Of a stretch of DNA of 64,000 bases, positions 1 to 11,350 are shown piece by piece (the stretch's first letter is position 1; each line of letters opens with the position of its first letter). Source of the DNA: Octopus vulgaris (lineage: Eukaryota); contig OX597833.1 of assembly GCA_951406725.2 (NCBI GenBank), positions 21,700,001 through 21,764,000 of the forward strand. Direction: 5' to 3'. Below the pieces are notes generated by a model that was not told the DNA's origin, did not search any database, and was given only the letters and a program-made list of their open reading frames with translations. The position numbers were made by a program, and so were the translations under genes.

Positions 1-261
1 CGACTGTTCTCATAAACGAAAATACTAAAAATGAACCTGACCACTCTCAAAAATTAAGTAAAAAACAGGAAAAATTATCCAAAATCCTTATCTGGTCCCG
101 GATCAATCCCCAAATCTAATCAGTCCATGCTAGTCATGAGGCCAAACATCTCTGAAAATTTCATTCGAATCCATCCAATGGCTATTGAGATATCTTGTCA
201 ACGGACAAACAAACAAACATGACTTGAAAGCAATACCTCTGCCTTCTCTAAGGTGGAGGTA
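1..261 (+). mobile_element. Helentron/HINE-like non-autonomous element, 3' portion
   Basis: Order of parts is AAATTTCAT..AATCCATCC, then GGACAAACAAACAAAC, then a terminal GC-rich hairpin TACCTCTGCCTT-ctct-AAGGTGGAGGTA (234-261). This resembles DINE/HINE-type elements. Family assignment is by recognition only. Confidence 0.55.
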
Positions 262-667
262 GTAGTAGTAGTAGTAGTAACTAGCTGGACCTGTGAAAAA
301 TTCACAAAAAACATAAAAAATGTAAGCATCTGTAAATTGTGTGCTGGTGCCATGAGAAATGTTTCTTGTCATATTCTGTGTGAGGTTGAATCTCCCTAAG
401 AACTACATTAATGATACGCATGTCTGTGGAGTACTCAGCCACTTGCGAGTTAATTTTATCCTCGTGTGGTAATAAAAAGTGAAAGCCACATCCAATATTT
501 GCTGTGTTCATGAGCAAAGTTGACTTCGATGTAATTTGAACTCAGAACATAAAGAGTCAGAAGAAACACAGCTGAGCATTTAGTCCAATATTGAAGGTCT
601 TATGAGATTTTCCTGTACAGATTTTGTTCAAATCAGTTTTGAAAGTCTTATGAGATTTTCCTGTATA

Positions 668-1066
668 GGCGCAGGAGTGGCTGTGTGGTAAGTAGCTTGC
701 TAACCAACCACATGGTTCCGGGTTCAGTCCCACTGCGTGGCACCTTGGGCAAGTGTCTTCTGCTATAGCCCCGGGCCGACCAATGCCTTGTGAGTGGATT
801 TGGTAGACGGAAACTGAAAGAAGCCTGTCGTATATATGTATATATATATATATGTGTGTTTGTTTGTGCATCTGTGTTTGTCCCCCTAGCATTGCTTGAC
901 AACCGATGCTGGTGTGTTTATGTCCCCGTTACCTAGCGGTTCGGCAAAAGAGACTGATAGAATAAGTACTAGGCTTACAAAAAGAATAAGTCCCGGGGTC
1001 GAGTTGCTCGATTAAAGGCGGTGCTCCAGCATGGCTGCAGTCAAATGACTGAAAAGAGTAAAAGAG
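668..1066 (+). mobile_element. Full-length tRNA-derived CORE-like SINE (family 1)
   Basis: A-box-like TGGCTGTGTGG, B-box GGTTCAGTCCC, CORE-like ACCTTGGGCAAGTG, internal (TA)/(TG) microsatellite, tail ending GCATGGCTGCAGTCAAATGACTGAAAAGAGTAAAAGAG. Many copies occur in the window. Confidence 0.9.
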
Positions 1067-1372
1067 ATTGACCATGAGATTCAAGGAAGATGACCAAACC
1101 TTTGAATTCAGAACATAAAGCCAGAAGAAATGCCGCTAATCGTTCTTCCTGGCAACTGATTCTGCCCACTCACTGCCTTAGCGTCTATGGTTTAATAATA
1201 ATGATTTAACAATAATGTTCTTTTGACACACATATTCAATCTATGTGCTCTACTTGTTTTTCTGGCACACTGCAATTTAGCACAGTGGAGATGACTCCAT
1301 CAAAGTACAAGGTGTTAAATCACCTGAAAGTCACACACAGGTGAAACAACTCACCACAAGTCCCTTTCAGGA

Positions 1373-1607
1373 GCGATGGACAGGACGCCAGTCCATCGCA
1401 GCATTACTCAAGAAACAGGAAGAAAGAGTGAGAGAAAGTTGGGGCGAAAGAAAACAACAGGGGTTGCCGCCACCCCCTGCCGGAGCCTCGTGGATCTTTT
1501 AGGTGTTTTCGCTCAATAAACACACACAACACCCGGTCTGGGAATCAAAACCGCGATCCTCCGACCGCGAGTCTGCTGCCCTAACCACTGGGCCATTGTG
1601 CCTCCAC
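1373..1607 (-). mobile_element. tRNA-derived V-domain-like SINE
   Basis: Minus-strand head GGAGGCACAATGGCCCAGTGGTTAGGG...GGTTTTGATTCCC and V-domain-like TGCGATGGACTGGCGTCCTGTCC. Confidence 0.75.
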
Positions 1608-1637
1608 AATATTAATAACAATAATAATAATAATAAT

Positions 1638-1691
<54 letters not shown>

Positions 1692-1699
1692 TGCTATTG

Positions 1700-1881
1700 T
1701 AGGCACAAGGCCTAAAATTTTGGGTGAGGGGTTGTTTTTCGCTGGTACTCAATTTATCGATCCTGAAAGGATGAAAGGAAAAGTCGACCTCAGCGGAATT
1801 TGAACTCAGAACGTAGCGGCAGGCGAATTACCACTAAGCATTTCGTCCAGTGTGCTAACGATTCAGCCAACTTGTCGCCTT
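1700..1881 (-). mobile_element. tRNA-derived Meta-domain-like SINE, single unit
   Basis: Minus strand has B-box GAGTTCAAATTCC followed by GTCGACTTTTCCTTTCATCCTTTCAGGATCGATAAATTGAGTACCAG (Meta-domain-like). Confidence 0.8.
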
Positions 1882-2029
1882 ATTAATAATCATAATAACG
1901 ACAACATATGTGAGAAAATAGGCAAGGTTCTCATGCCATTGCCATGAGAAATGATTTTTTTATGTTTCAATTAGTATTCAGGAATTTTTTTTCCATGCAA
2001 AGCAGTTTCAAAAGTAATAAACTGTGCTG

Positions 2030-2612
2030 CTGGTGTGGTGTTAGTGGTGGTGGTAGTGATGATAATGACGATGGTAGTGGTGGTGGTGGTAGTGGTGATA
2101 GCGTTGCTGATGATGGGGAATGTAGTGGTAGTTATTACAATAATAATAATGATGGTGGTGGTGGTGGTAATACTGGCAGAAGGGGTGGTCATGATTATGA
2201 TGGTGGTTGTGGTGGCGGTGGTAGTTTTAGTAGTAGCAGCAGCAGTAAGAGAAGTAGTAGTGGCAATGGTAGCGTTGGTTGTAGCAGCAGTAGTAGTAGT
2301 GATGGTGATAGCAGTAGTAGTATTAGTGGTGGTGGTGGTGGTGGTAGTAGTAGTAGTGGCGGTGGTGGTGGTGGTGGTGGTATTAGTAGTAGTGGTGGTG
2401 GTAGTTGGTGATGGTGGTAATAGTAGGAGCAATAGTAACAGTGTCTGTAGTAGTGATGATGGTACTGGTGTTAGTAGTGGTAGTAATAATAGTAGCAACA
2501 GTAGTAGTAATAGTTGAATTAATGATGTTGATAGTAATGGTGGTGGTGGTGTGGTAACTGATAATAACAGCAGTAGTGGCAGGCGGTAGTGGTGGTGGTG
2601 GTGTTGGCGGTT
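2030..2612. repeat. Degenerate (GGT/AGT/GAT)n low-complexity tract
   Basis: Mixed trinucleotide runs. It generates the spurious poly-G/S, poly-V and poly-T ORFs. Confidence 0.95.
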
Positions 2613-3007
2613 GTAAATTCTACTGAGAAAGACAGGCAACAGAGATGAAACTCAATGTTAAGGTTAATAGCATGAGGTGACCTCAAAAAAATAAATGAAA
2701 TATAATAAAAAATATAAAAAATGAAAAATAAAATAAAAAGAGGAGAGGTATGAGGAGAAGGTAAGGAAGACAGGAAGGTTACCATCTGCGTTCAGCCTGT
2801 GAACTTAACAAGTAAAGTTTAACAAGCCTGTGTTCTTGAATTTTAGATGTTCACACTTATTTATTTAGAAGCACAGGCATGGCTGTGTGGAAAGAAGTTC
2901 GCTTCCCAACAACATGGTTTCAGGTTCAGTCCCACTGCATGGCCAGTGCATTTCATAGATGGAAACTGTTTGGAAGCCCATCACATATATATATATGTGT
3001 ATGTATA

Positions 3008-3529
3008 TCATCATCATCATCATCATCATCGTTTAACGTCCGTTCTCCATGCTAGCATGGGTTGGACGGTTCGACCGGGGATCCGGGAAGCCAGAAGGCT
3101 GCACTAGGCTCCAGTCTTATCTGGCAATGTTTCTACAGCTGGATGCCCTTCCTAACGCCAACCACTCCGTGAGTGTAATGGGTGCTTTTTACGTGCCACC
3201 TGCACAGGTGCCAGGCGAGGCTGGCAACGGCCACGGTCGGATTGGTGCATTTTACGTGCCGCCGGCACGGAAGCCAGTCGAGGCGGCGCTGGAATCGGCC
3301 ACAAGTCGGATAGTGCTTTTTATGTACCACCAGACCAGGGATCCTGGCTGGTTCAATTCGATTTCGCTTGCCCCAACATGTCTTCGCAAGCAAAGGGGGT
3401 TGGCATGGGTGCCTGTCGTCGGATGAGGTTCTATATCGACTTCGCTTGCCTCAACAGGTCTTTGTGTCCAAGGGAGGAAAGGCATACATAAGTGGGCTGG
3501 GCTCATTTGTCCTGCCTGGTCTTCTCACG
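3008..3529 (-). mobile_element. (GAT)n-tailed non-autonomous retroelement (RTE-associated SINE-like), long form
   Basis: Minus strand GGTTGGCGTTAGGAAGGGCATCCAGCTGTAGAAAC...GGACGTTAAACGATGATGAT, with internal ~65-bp sub-repeats carrying TTTTACGTGCCACC. A close copy lies at 36178-36607. Confidence 0.8.
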
Positions 3530-3577
3530 TATAGAGATAGATAAATATATATGTGCACATATAATGTGTGTGTGTGC

Positions 3578-3618
<41 letters not shown>

Positions 3619-3622
<4 letters not shown>

Positions 3623-3805
3623 ATCCAAACATGAAAACACAACAACGCGAGGACGTGGAACAAGTATAGTATTATTGGATGCTCAGGAAAGAAGGAGGGT
3701 TTAACATTTCGAGTGGAGCTCTTCGTCAGAAACATAGGAAAAGGAAAGATCCAAAGAAGGGAAGACGGAGGAAAAAAAATCGCCAACGGTACACAAGCGG
3801 TTGCA
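3619..3805 (-). mobile_element. Short hammerhead-bearing element in (TA)n (PLE pseudo-LTR-like, family A), copy 1
   Basis: ~190-bp unit flanked by TA-rich repeats, with copies at 5659-5863 and 43737-43930. It contains a hammerhead core. Confidence 0.8.
3699..3733 (-). ncRNA. Minimal type I hammerhead ribozyme motif (family A)
   Basis: Reverse complement reads GTTT-CTGACGA-A-GAG(ctcca)CTC-GAA-ATGT-T-AAAC. Helix III is ATGT, against ACGT in the other copies. Confidence 0.7.
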
Positions 3806-3826
3806 TTTATATATTCTATTATATAT

Positions 3827-4120
3827 ATATTCTGTTGTGTCTGGGGAGAGTCATTTTCTTTTTGTGCCTTATTATGTAACACACCAGTAAAATTTCCACG
3901 TTTTTCTTATTTTTATTGTCCTAAAATTTTTGTAGCGTCTTGCAACCTTTTCAATAGTTTTGCAATTTTTTCAATAGAGTCAAAACTATTGAAAAGGTTG
4001 CAAGACGTAACGAAAATTTTAGGAAAATAAAAATAAGAAAAACGTGGAAATTTTACCGGTGAGTGTGTTATGTAATAAGGCACAAAAAGAAAATGACTCT
4101 CCCCAGACACAATAGAATAT
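3827..4120. repeat. Fold-back inverted repeat (~136-140-bp arms, 18-nt spacer)
   Basis: 3827-3962 is the near-perfect reverse complement of 3981-4120. Single-arm fragments recur at ~53160-53250 and ~61316-61431, next to (TA)n. Confidence 0.9.
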
Positions 4121-4185
4121 GCTTCAACACACGAACTCATATAAAGAATCTTGCAAACCAAATCCCAAAACGAAATATATATATA

Positions 4186-4530
4186 TCATCATCATTTAAC
4201 TTCTGCTTTCCATGCTGGCATGGGTTGGACGATTTGACTAAGGACTGGCGAACCAGATGGCAACACCAAGCTCCAATCTGATCTGGCAGAATTTCTACAG
4301 CTGGATGCCCTTCCTAACGCCAACCACTCTGAGAGTGTAGTGGGTGCTTTTACGTGCCACCGGCATGAGAGCCAGTTAGACGGTACTGGCAATGGCCAGA
4401 CTCAAATGGTGTTTTTTACGTGCCACCTGCACAGGAGCCAGTCCAGTGGCACTGACAATGACCTTGCTTGAATGTTTTTTTCATGTGCCACCGGCACAGG
4501 TGCCAGTAAGGCGACACTAGTAACAAACAC
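4186..4530 (-). mobile_element. (GAT)n-tailed non-autonomous retroelement copy
   Basis: Same GGATGCCCTTCCTAACGCCAACCAC core and CATCAT tail as 3008-3529. Confidence 0.8.
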
Positions 4531-4699
4531 AATGTTAACAATTATGCAGAATTTTTGTGTATGTGTGAGTGTGTGTATGTGAATGAAATATGTATGTATG
4601 TATGTATATATCAGTATCAGTGTGTGTATATGTGTGTATGTGAGGGAGAGAGAGAGGGGTGTGTTAGAGCCAGAGTGAGAGAGAGAAAGTGTTAGAGCT

Positions 4700-4739
<40 letters not shown>

Positions 4740-5339
4740 TGTGTGTGTGTGTGTGTGAGTGTATGCTGAGTGGTACTGAGTGTATCTGTGGGACTGAACC
4801 CAAAACCATGTGGTTAGGAAGCCAACTTCTTACCACACAGCCACGCATGCACTATTGAAACGTCAAAATATGTCACCTTGTACTTCGCTCATAAATCAAT
4901 ATTTGGAAGAATAAAAAACGAAAAAAAAAAGAAAGAAGAAGAATTAAAATTTAAAAGAAAAGTGAAGTTTATGGAATAATATGAAAACACAGCACTGATT
5001 GTACAGAAATTGCCGTCAGCCTGAACTAAAGCTTTTGAATGGCTGTTTGATATATATTGCTGAGTCAGTAAACAAGAGACCACAGTTATAGTATGCACTG
5101 CGACACAGTTCAATTCACACGAAGAGCAAAAGTGGGCGGACGTTAAGTGCATTGCTTGCACAGAGCACAATCCTGTTTTTGTTGATTGTACAACACTGAA
5201 TTGAATAAGAGACAAAACAAGTTACAGTAATAATAGACACAGACACAAACAGATACACAAATACACACATGCACTTACGCATAAACAAACACTCATGACC
5301 ATATACATATATGCATAACCATGCATGTGTATGTGTGTC

Positions 5340-5377
<38 letters not shown>

Positions 5378-5568
5378 TGCACATACATGTGCACACACTC
5401 AATACAGAAACACATACATATACATGCGCATACACATACACGTATACATAACATATAACACACACACACACACATTATATATACACTCACACAACAATAC
5501 ATATATATATGCACTGATATATTTGCACTAATCAGAGCATGGGGGCTGGGTGTATATTTAGGGATAGA

Positions 5569-5658
<90 letters not shown>

Positions 5659-5662
<4 letters not shown>

Positions 5663-5860
5663 ATCCAAACATGAAAGCACAAAAAAACACAACAACGCGA
5701 GGGCGTGGAGCAAATATAGTATTATTGGACGCTCAGGAAAGAAGGAAAGAAGGAGGGTTTAACGTTTCGAGCGGAGCTCTTCGTCGGAAACATAGGAGAA
5801 GGAAAGATCCAGAGAAGGGAAGACAGAGGGGAAAAAAAAATCGCCAACAGTACACACGCG

Positions 5861-5863
<3 letters not shown>
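5659..5863 (-). mobile_element. Family A hammerhead element, copy 2 (core variant CCGACGA)
   Basis: Flanked by (TA)n on both sides. The motif at 5757-5791 reads GTTT-CCGACGA-A-GAGC(tcc)GCTC-GAA-ACGT-T-AAAC on the minus strand. Confidence 0.8.
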
Positions 5864-5908
<45 letters not shown>

Positions 5909-6509
5909 GGGAGGCAATGTATGTGTGGGTGTTTGCATCTGCATGTGTGTGTGTGCACACGTGTGCATATTCAAAGATATACACTCAAACATACACACTC
6001 ACAGACAACAAAAGAAACATATTATACATACATAAACATATTATCAGTAATTTGTGCATGTGGGCAGCAAGATATTTAGAGACAGATGTATATATAATGA
6101 AAGCTTAATACATGTGCAGGTGCTTGTATGTGTATGTGTATAGATGTGTGTGTGTATACATACACACACATATACATTCTATATGTATATATATTACCTA
6201 TTGTTTATGCATATCAAAAGTACACGTTATGGAAAGCAGTTGGCAAATAAACAGACTATATATATATATATATATATATATAGTGAGAAGTTGAGGTTAT
6301 AAGAGATAATGGTGTCATTGAGACACAAAGGTGTCAGGTATTGCTGAATTAGTGCTATAGACAGACCATAGTTAATTCCAGATTCGGTAATATTGTGAAT
6401 AAAAGGTTCAACGTTGGTTCTATGTCAGCGTGTGTATATAAGAATTTTTTGTGTAATAAGATAAAAAAACCAAGGCTGTGTAGATATTAGAACATTTATA
6501 GATAGAAGG

Positions 6510-6559
6510 CCTTACAGCTGTTTCTAGGATATTTATTAATTATATCCCTTCATCAGAGA
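6510..6559 (-). ncRNA. Type I hammerhead ribozyme motif (family B)
   Basis: Reverse complement reads TCT-CTGATGA-A-GGGATAT..ATATCCT-A-GAA-ACAGCTGT-A-AGG. It lies in an element that starts right after (TA)n at ~6283. Confidence 0.75.
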
Positions 6560-6822
6560 TGGTGTGAGAGGATAGTTAAGTCATAGTTAGTTTAGATGTA
6601 ATACAAAACAGAGAGTGAGGGGGAGGATAGAAAATAGATGCAAGATGTGTATGGATATTGAAGTTGGAAATCCATTTTTTAGGCATAATGGTATATATAC
6701 AATATTCCAATATCCTATGAGTAAAGTCTAACAGAGTTTAAAATGAGTCCTTCCAAATATAGAGATTATAAGCAACGTAAGATTCTCATAAGGGAATCTT
6801 ACATTGTTATCATGTATATGTT

Positions 6823-7314
6823 TTGTCTTGGTATAAAAGATAGGCTACAGCATATATTCTGCTCAATATCACAGATTTGTTTGTCAGTTGTTTGACCTTA
6901 ATCAGTTGAGCATGTTCCTTGGTGGTGGACAATATGTGCATCTCTGATCATGAGCAGAAGTAGTGGGGGTGCATCATAGCCATGTGTTGAGAGGAATTCT
7001 TTGGAGATTGAATAATTCACCTCTGGAAACATGGGTATTTTATTCAATATCCTTAAACAAGCCTTATTCAAGGACCTTTTGGGTTAGGGTTAGAGGATGA
7101 ACTACTCAATCTGAAGAAAATTTGAACCGGGGCCCCACCTGCAAGGTCATACACTGTTTATTTTGATATGAGATCACCATGTCACACACATATGGTTGTG
7201 ATGCATGTGCCTGGTGTACCCTTATCAAACGGGTAGTCATGAGGGGTATATTGGGCTTCGTATATTTGTACCCATGTCACTTTGATGGCATGCACTGCTC
7301 TCACACTCAATAAC

Positions 7315-7368
<54 letters not shown>
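6823..7368 (+). mobile_element. ~500-bp (AAT)n-associated non-autonomous retroelement (possibly Dong/R4-related)
   Basis: Ends ...GCTCTCACACTC(AAT)n. Copies at 31984-32444 (-), 43075-45010 (-, split) and 46820-47033 (+) mostly abut (AAT)n. The clade call is inference from target preference. Confidence 0.7.
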
Positions 7369-7369
<1 letters not shown>

Positions 7370-7593
7370 TGGAGGCACATGGCTTAGTGGTTTAAATGTC
7401 AGCATCATCATCGTAAGATTGTGGTTTCGATTCCTGGACAGGGTGACGCGTTGTGTTCTTGAGCAAAATACTTCATTTCACATTGCTCCAGTCCACTCAG
7501 CTGGTAAAAATGAGTAACGCTGCGATGACTGGCGTCCTGTCCAGCTGGGGACCACATACGCCTGGCTAGGCTTTAAAAAGGGTGCATTTATTA
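7369..7593 (+). mobile_element. V-domain-like tRNA SINE
   Basis: GGAGGCACATGGCTTAGTGG A-box, GGTTTCGATTCC B-box, TGCGATGACTGGCGTCCTGTCCAG. Confidence 0.8.
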
Positions 7594-8442
7594 TTTTTAA
7601 TAATAATAATATCTGTATAAATACTGATAAAATGTTAACTGTTCTGGTACTTGACTTTTGACCCACTCTGTATTTGTATCGCTATCAATCCCAATGAAAA
7701 GTTAGCACGTATGTTTTCCTACACCTGACTTATGTATTGAGTGCCCCAGTATTTGTGTTCAGACTAACAATAAGCATAAAATATGACTGTGCAGTTAAGT
7801 AGCTCGCTTCGCAACCATGCGGTTTTTTGGGGTTCAGCCTCACTTCATGGCACTTTGAGCAAAGTGACGTTGGTGGTGGTGGGGGGGGGGTAAAATACAA
7901 TGGCAGGATAGTATAGAGGTGGGGAGCAGGTGATGGTGAAAGACAGGGGATGAGAGGTACATGCAGATTGCTGGGAAGAGGAGGAGAGGAATGTGCATTA
8001 CAGAAGAGCAGCGTGAGGTGCATGGTGGAAGGGCAATAAAAGATGTGCCACACACAAATGCAACGTTCATATATGTAAATAGTATACCCTAAACACAAAC
8101 ACACATGCAGAATACCTGTGTGTGTGTGTGTGTGTGTATGTGTGTGTGTGAAGTTCGGTGTTGTCAAGACATGTAAAAACAAAAACCCCCTTTAAGATGG
8201 TGCATGGGTTGGGTTTTATACAAGCGTGACTTTGCTAAGACAGACACAGACAGACAGAGAGAGAAGGGGAGATGGGGAGGAGCAAAGATAATTGAAGAAT
8301 TTACTGTTTTAAAGAAAACAGTAAAATTGTCCCGCTTTCTGTACACACATCATGTGCACATGTGTATGCGCGTATATGCATATGTAAGTATATGTGCATG
8401 CATATGGGTTTGTGTGTACCATTCTCTCCCTCTCTCTCTCTG

Positions 8443-8498
<56 letters not shown>

Positions 8499-9080
8499 TA
8501 TATGTGTGTGAATGTGTATATACATATACAAACGCATACACATACACACATGCACATAAGTGTATACATATGTGCATGCATGTGAATTTGTACATGTATC
8601 TTGCTATCTCTCTTCCCCCCACACACACACACACTCACACCACACCACACACGTGCGCACGTTGCACAAACAAACAACACACAGGGGTCCCAATGAATTT
8701 TGATAACTCACTCTGCAGGTTCAGCTCAAAAGTCTAGGGGGTCATGTTTCAGTTACACAGTATGCACCCTTTCAGGGAGATTCTGGAAATAGCAGGTAGG
8801 GTCGGCCGGCTGTTGGTGCAAGCACCGTGATAGCAGATTCTGCGGGTGCTAGGATTACTAAGTACAAATGAAAAACACACTGAAAGGAGTACCAATGACA
8901 AGAAAATTTCTGATTGGGATAGAGGAAATAGATCTCATATATGTAATACGATACATAATATATAATATAATATAATATAATATGATATAATATAATATAA
9001 TATAATATAATATAATATAATATAATATAATATAATATAATATAATATAATATAATATAGTATAGTATAATATATAATAT

Positions 9081-9341
9081 GAGGAGGCACGTGGCTTAGT
9101 GGTTAGGGTGTCAGCATCATGAGCGTAAGATTGTGGTTTCGATTCCTGGACCAGACAACGCGTTGTGTTCTTGAGCAAAACACTTCATTTCACGTTGCTC
9201 CAGTCCACTCAGCTGGCAAAAATGTGTAACACTGCAATGGACTGGCATCCCATCCAGCTGGGGAACACATACGCCAATGAAACCGGGAAACCGGGCCCAT
9301 AAGCCTGGCTAGGCTTTAAAAGGGCACATTTATTATTATTA
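9081..9341 (+). mobile_element. V-domain-like tRNA SINE inserted in a (TATAA)n tract
   Basis: Same family as 7369-7593, with (TATAA)n on both sides (8957-9080 and 9345-9428). Confidence 0.85.
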
Positions 9342-9682
9342 TTTATAATATAATATAATATAATTTGATATTATGTAATATAATATAATATAATATAATA
9401 TAATATAATATAATGCAATATAATATTATGTATATATAGGTACAGGAATGGCTGTGTGGTTAAGATGCTCACTTGGAAACCATATGGTTTTGGGGTCAGT
9501 CCCACTGTGCAGCACCCTGAGCAAATGTCTTTTACAGTAGTCCTAGGCCAACTAATGCTATGTAAATGAATTTGGTAGATAGGAACTGATAGAAGCAAAT
9601 ATGGAGGTTTGGTGCTCCAGCAGTTCAATAAGAGAAGCAAGTAAAATATAAAAGGGGTGTGTGTCTGTATATATATATATGT

Positions 9683-9841
9683 TCGCAGGAGTGGCTGTGT
9701 GGTAAGAAGCTTGCTTCCCAACCACATGGTTCCGGGTTTAGTCCCACTGCATGGCACCTTAGGCAAGTGTCTTCTACTATAGCCTCAGCCTGATCAAAGC
9801 CTCGTGGGTGGATTTGGCAGACAGAAACTGAAAGAAGCCCG

Positions 9842-9893
<52 letters not shown>

Positions 9894-10152
9894 GTATATA
9901 TATGTCTATGTATAAATATGTGTGTATATATATACATGTATGTATTTGTGTGTCTGTATTTATTCCCCCACCATTGCTTGGCAACCAATGTTGGTGTGTT
10001 TACGTTCCTGTAACTAAGTGGTTCAGGAAAAGTAACCGATAGAATAAGTACTAGTCTTACAAAGAATAAGTCGTGGGGGGGGGGGCGATTTGTTTGACTA
10101 AAAGTGGTGCTCCAGCATGGCCGCGGTCAAATGATTGAAACAAGTAAAAGAA
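9683..10152 (+). mobile_element. Full-length CORE-like SINE (family 1) with expanded internal (TA)n
   Basis: Head, internal microsatellite and tail as at 668-1066. Confidence 0.9.
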
Positions 10153-10172
10153 TATATATACATACATATATA

Positions 10173-10222
<50 letters not shown>

Positions 10223-10344
10223 GTGGAATCAGAAATAGGAAGTCTTTGGTACAATATCATATAATTGAAAATGTGAATAGAAATGGGTTATAAACATCTA
10301 ATTATTAAAATGGGAAGAATTATCAGAAAAGCCTTTTCAATTCT

Positions 10345-10554
10345 TTAAGTCATTAGCATTCAGATTACTTTGTCAAATATAATGCTTGCAATCATGGATT
10401 ATCTCATTGATTAATCAAGATTTCAAAGGTGTGTTTATATATTTTTAGAATGACATTGTAAAGTAGGTGTGAGAGGCAGGATGTGGCTGGTTTGAACATA
10501 AAATAGGTAGGAATTTGGGGGCTGCATACGGCTGGATTAAATGCTGAAGGGTTA
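10345..10554. mobile_element. piggyBac-like MITE (TTAA-flanked, ...AATGCTGAAGGG-TTAA end)
   Basis: TTAA at both ends with degenerate CCCTTTAGCATT-type termini. Related copies at ~46206-46340 and ~47040-47467. Confidence 0.6.
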
Positions 10555-10595
10555 AACTCATTAAAGTTTCATGGAGCTAAAATTAAGCTGTTTTT

Positions 10596-10598
10596 TTA

Positions 10599-10654
<56 letters not shown>

Positions 10655-10710
10655 TAATAACAATAACAATAATAATATTAATAATAATAACAATAACAAT
10701 AACAATAATA

Positions 10711-10777
<67 letters not shown>

Positions 10778-10785
10778 TAATAATA
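10596..10785. repeat. (AAT)n microsatellite
   Basis: Directly visible. Confidence 0.95.
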
Positions 10786-11304
10786 TTCATATAAAAATAA
10801 TTGGCTAAAAGGATCTTTGAAAGCAACATGTGTGTATATCTTTATGTCTGCACATTTATACATGCAAAAGTAATCTTCCCCAACATCACCATTATATTTT
10901 GATTAACCTAACACAAAATATTCCTGATGATTTGGGTGAACACCACTTTAAAATATATTCCATGCAAATCTACATAATTTAAATCAATCATGTATTACAA
11001 TCATGTATGTATAAATTTGGTGAAGTTTATCTTAATGAAACAGCTGTTTAACACAAAGTTTGAACTATATGTGAAATTTATGATTTTCTGCTTTTCACCA
11101 CAGTAAATTAGTCTTTCAATGATGTATCTGCTTTAAGTATCATATACAGATTACTATTTTAAACTACTAATACCACTTCTGTTGCTCACAACGAATCTTT
11201 ATTTAACCTGCTGGGTGATTGCAACATCAATGATTTTCCAATCACTGTTTTACTTATATTATTAAGAGCAGATTTTGTCTTATCATGCAGATGCCAGTGA
11301 ATTT

Positions 11305-11350
11305 TTGCTACTGATGAAGCTCAAGGAAGCTGAAATGCATATTTAATAAT
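11305..11350 (+). ncRNA. Degenerate minimal hammerhead motif (family C)
   Basis: CTGATGA-AGCT(caagga)AGCT-GAA-ATGCAT-A. Helix I is poorly preserved. Confidence 0.55.

Noticed and set aside
668-745. tRNA gene
   Set aside because: A and B boxes are present, but the sequence continues into the SINE body with no proper cloverleaf. It is a SINE head.
557-902. Recurrent peptide EDTCPRCHAVGLNPEPCGW, which looks like a zinc-finger family
   Set aside because: It is the antisense translation of the CORE-like SINE head, repeated with each copy.
1944-2639. Long ORFs rich in G/S, V or T
   Set aside because: All frames are open because of a trinucleotide low-complexity tract, with no domain signal.
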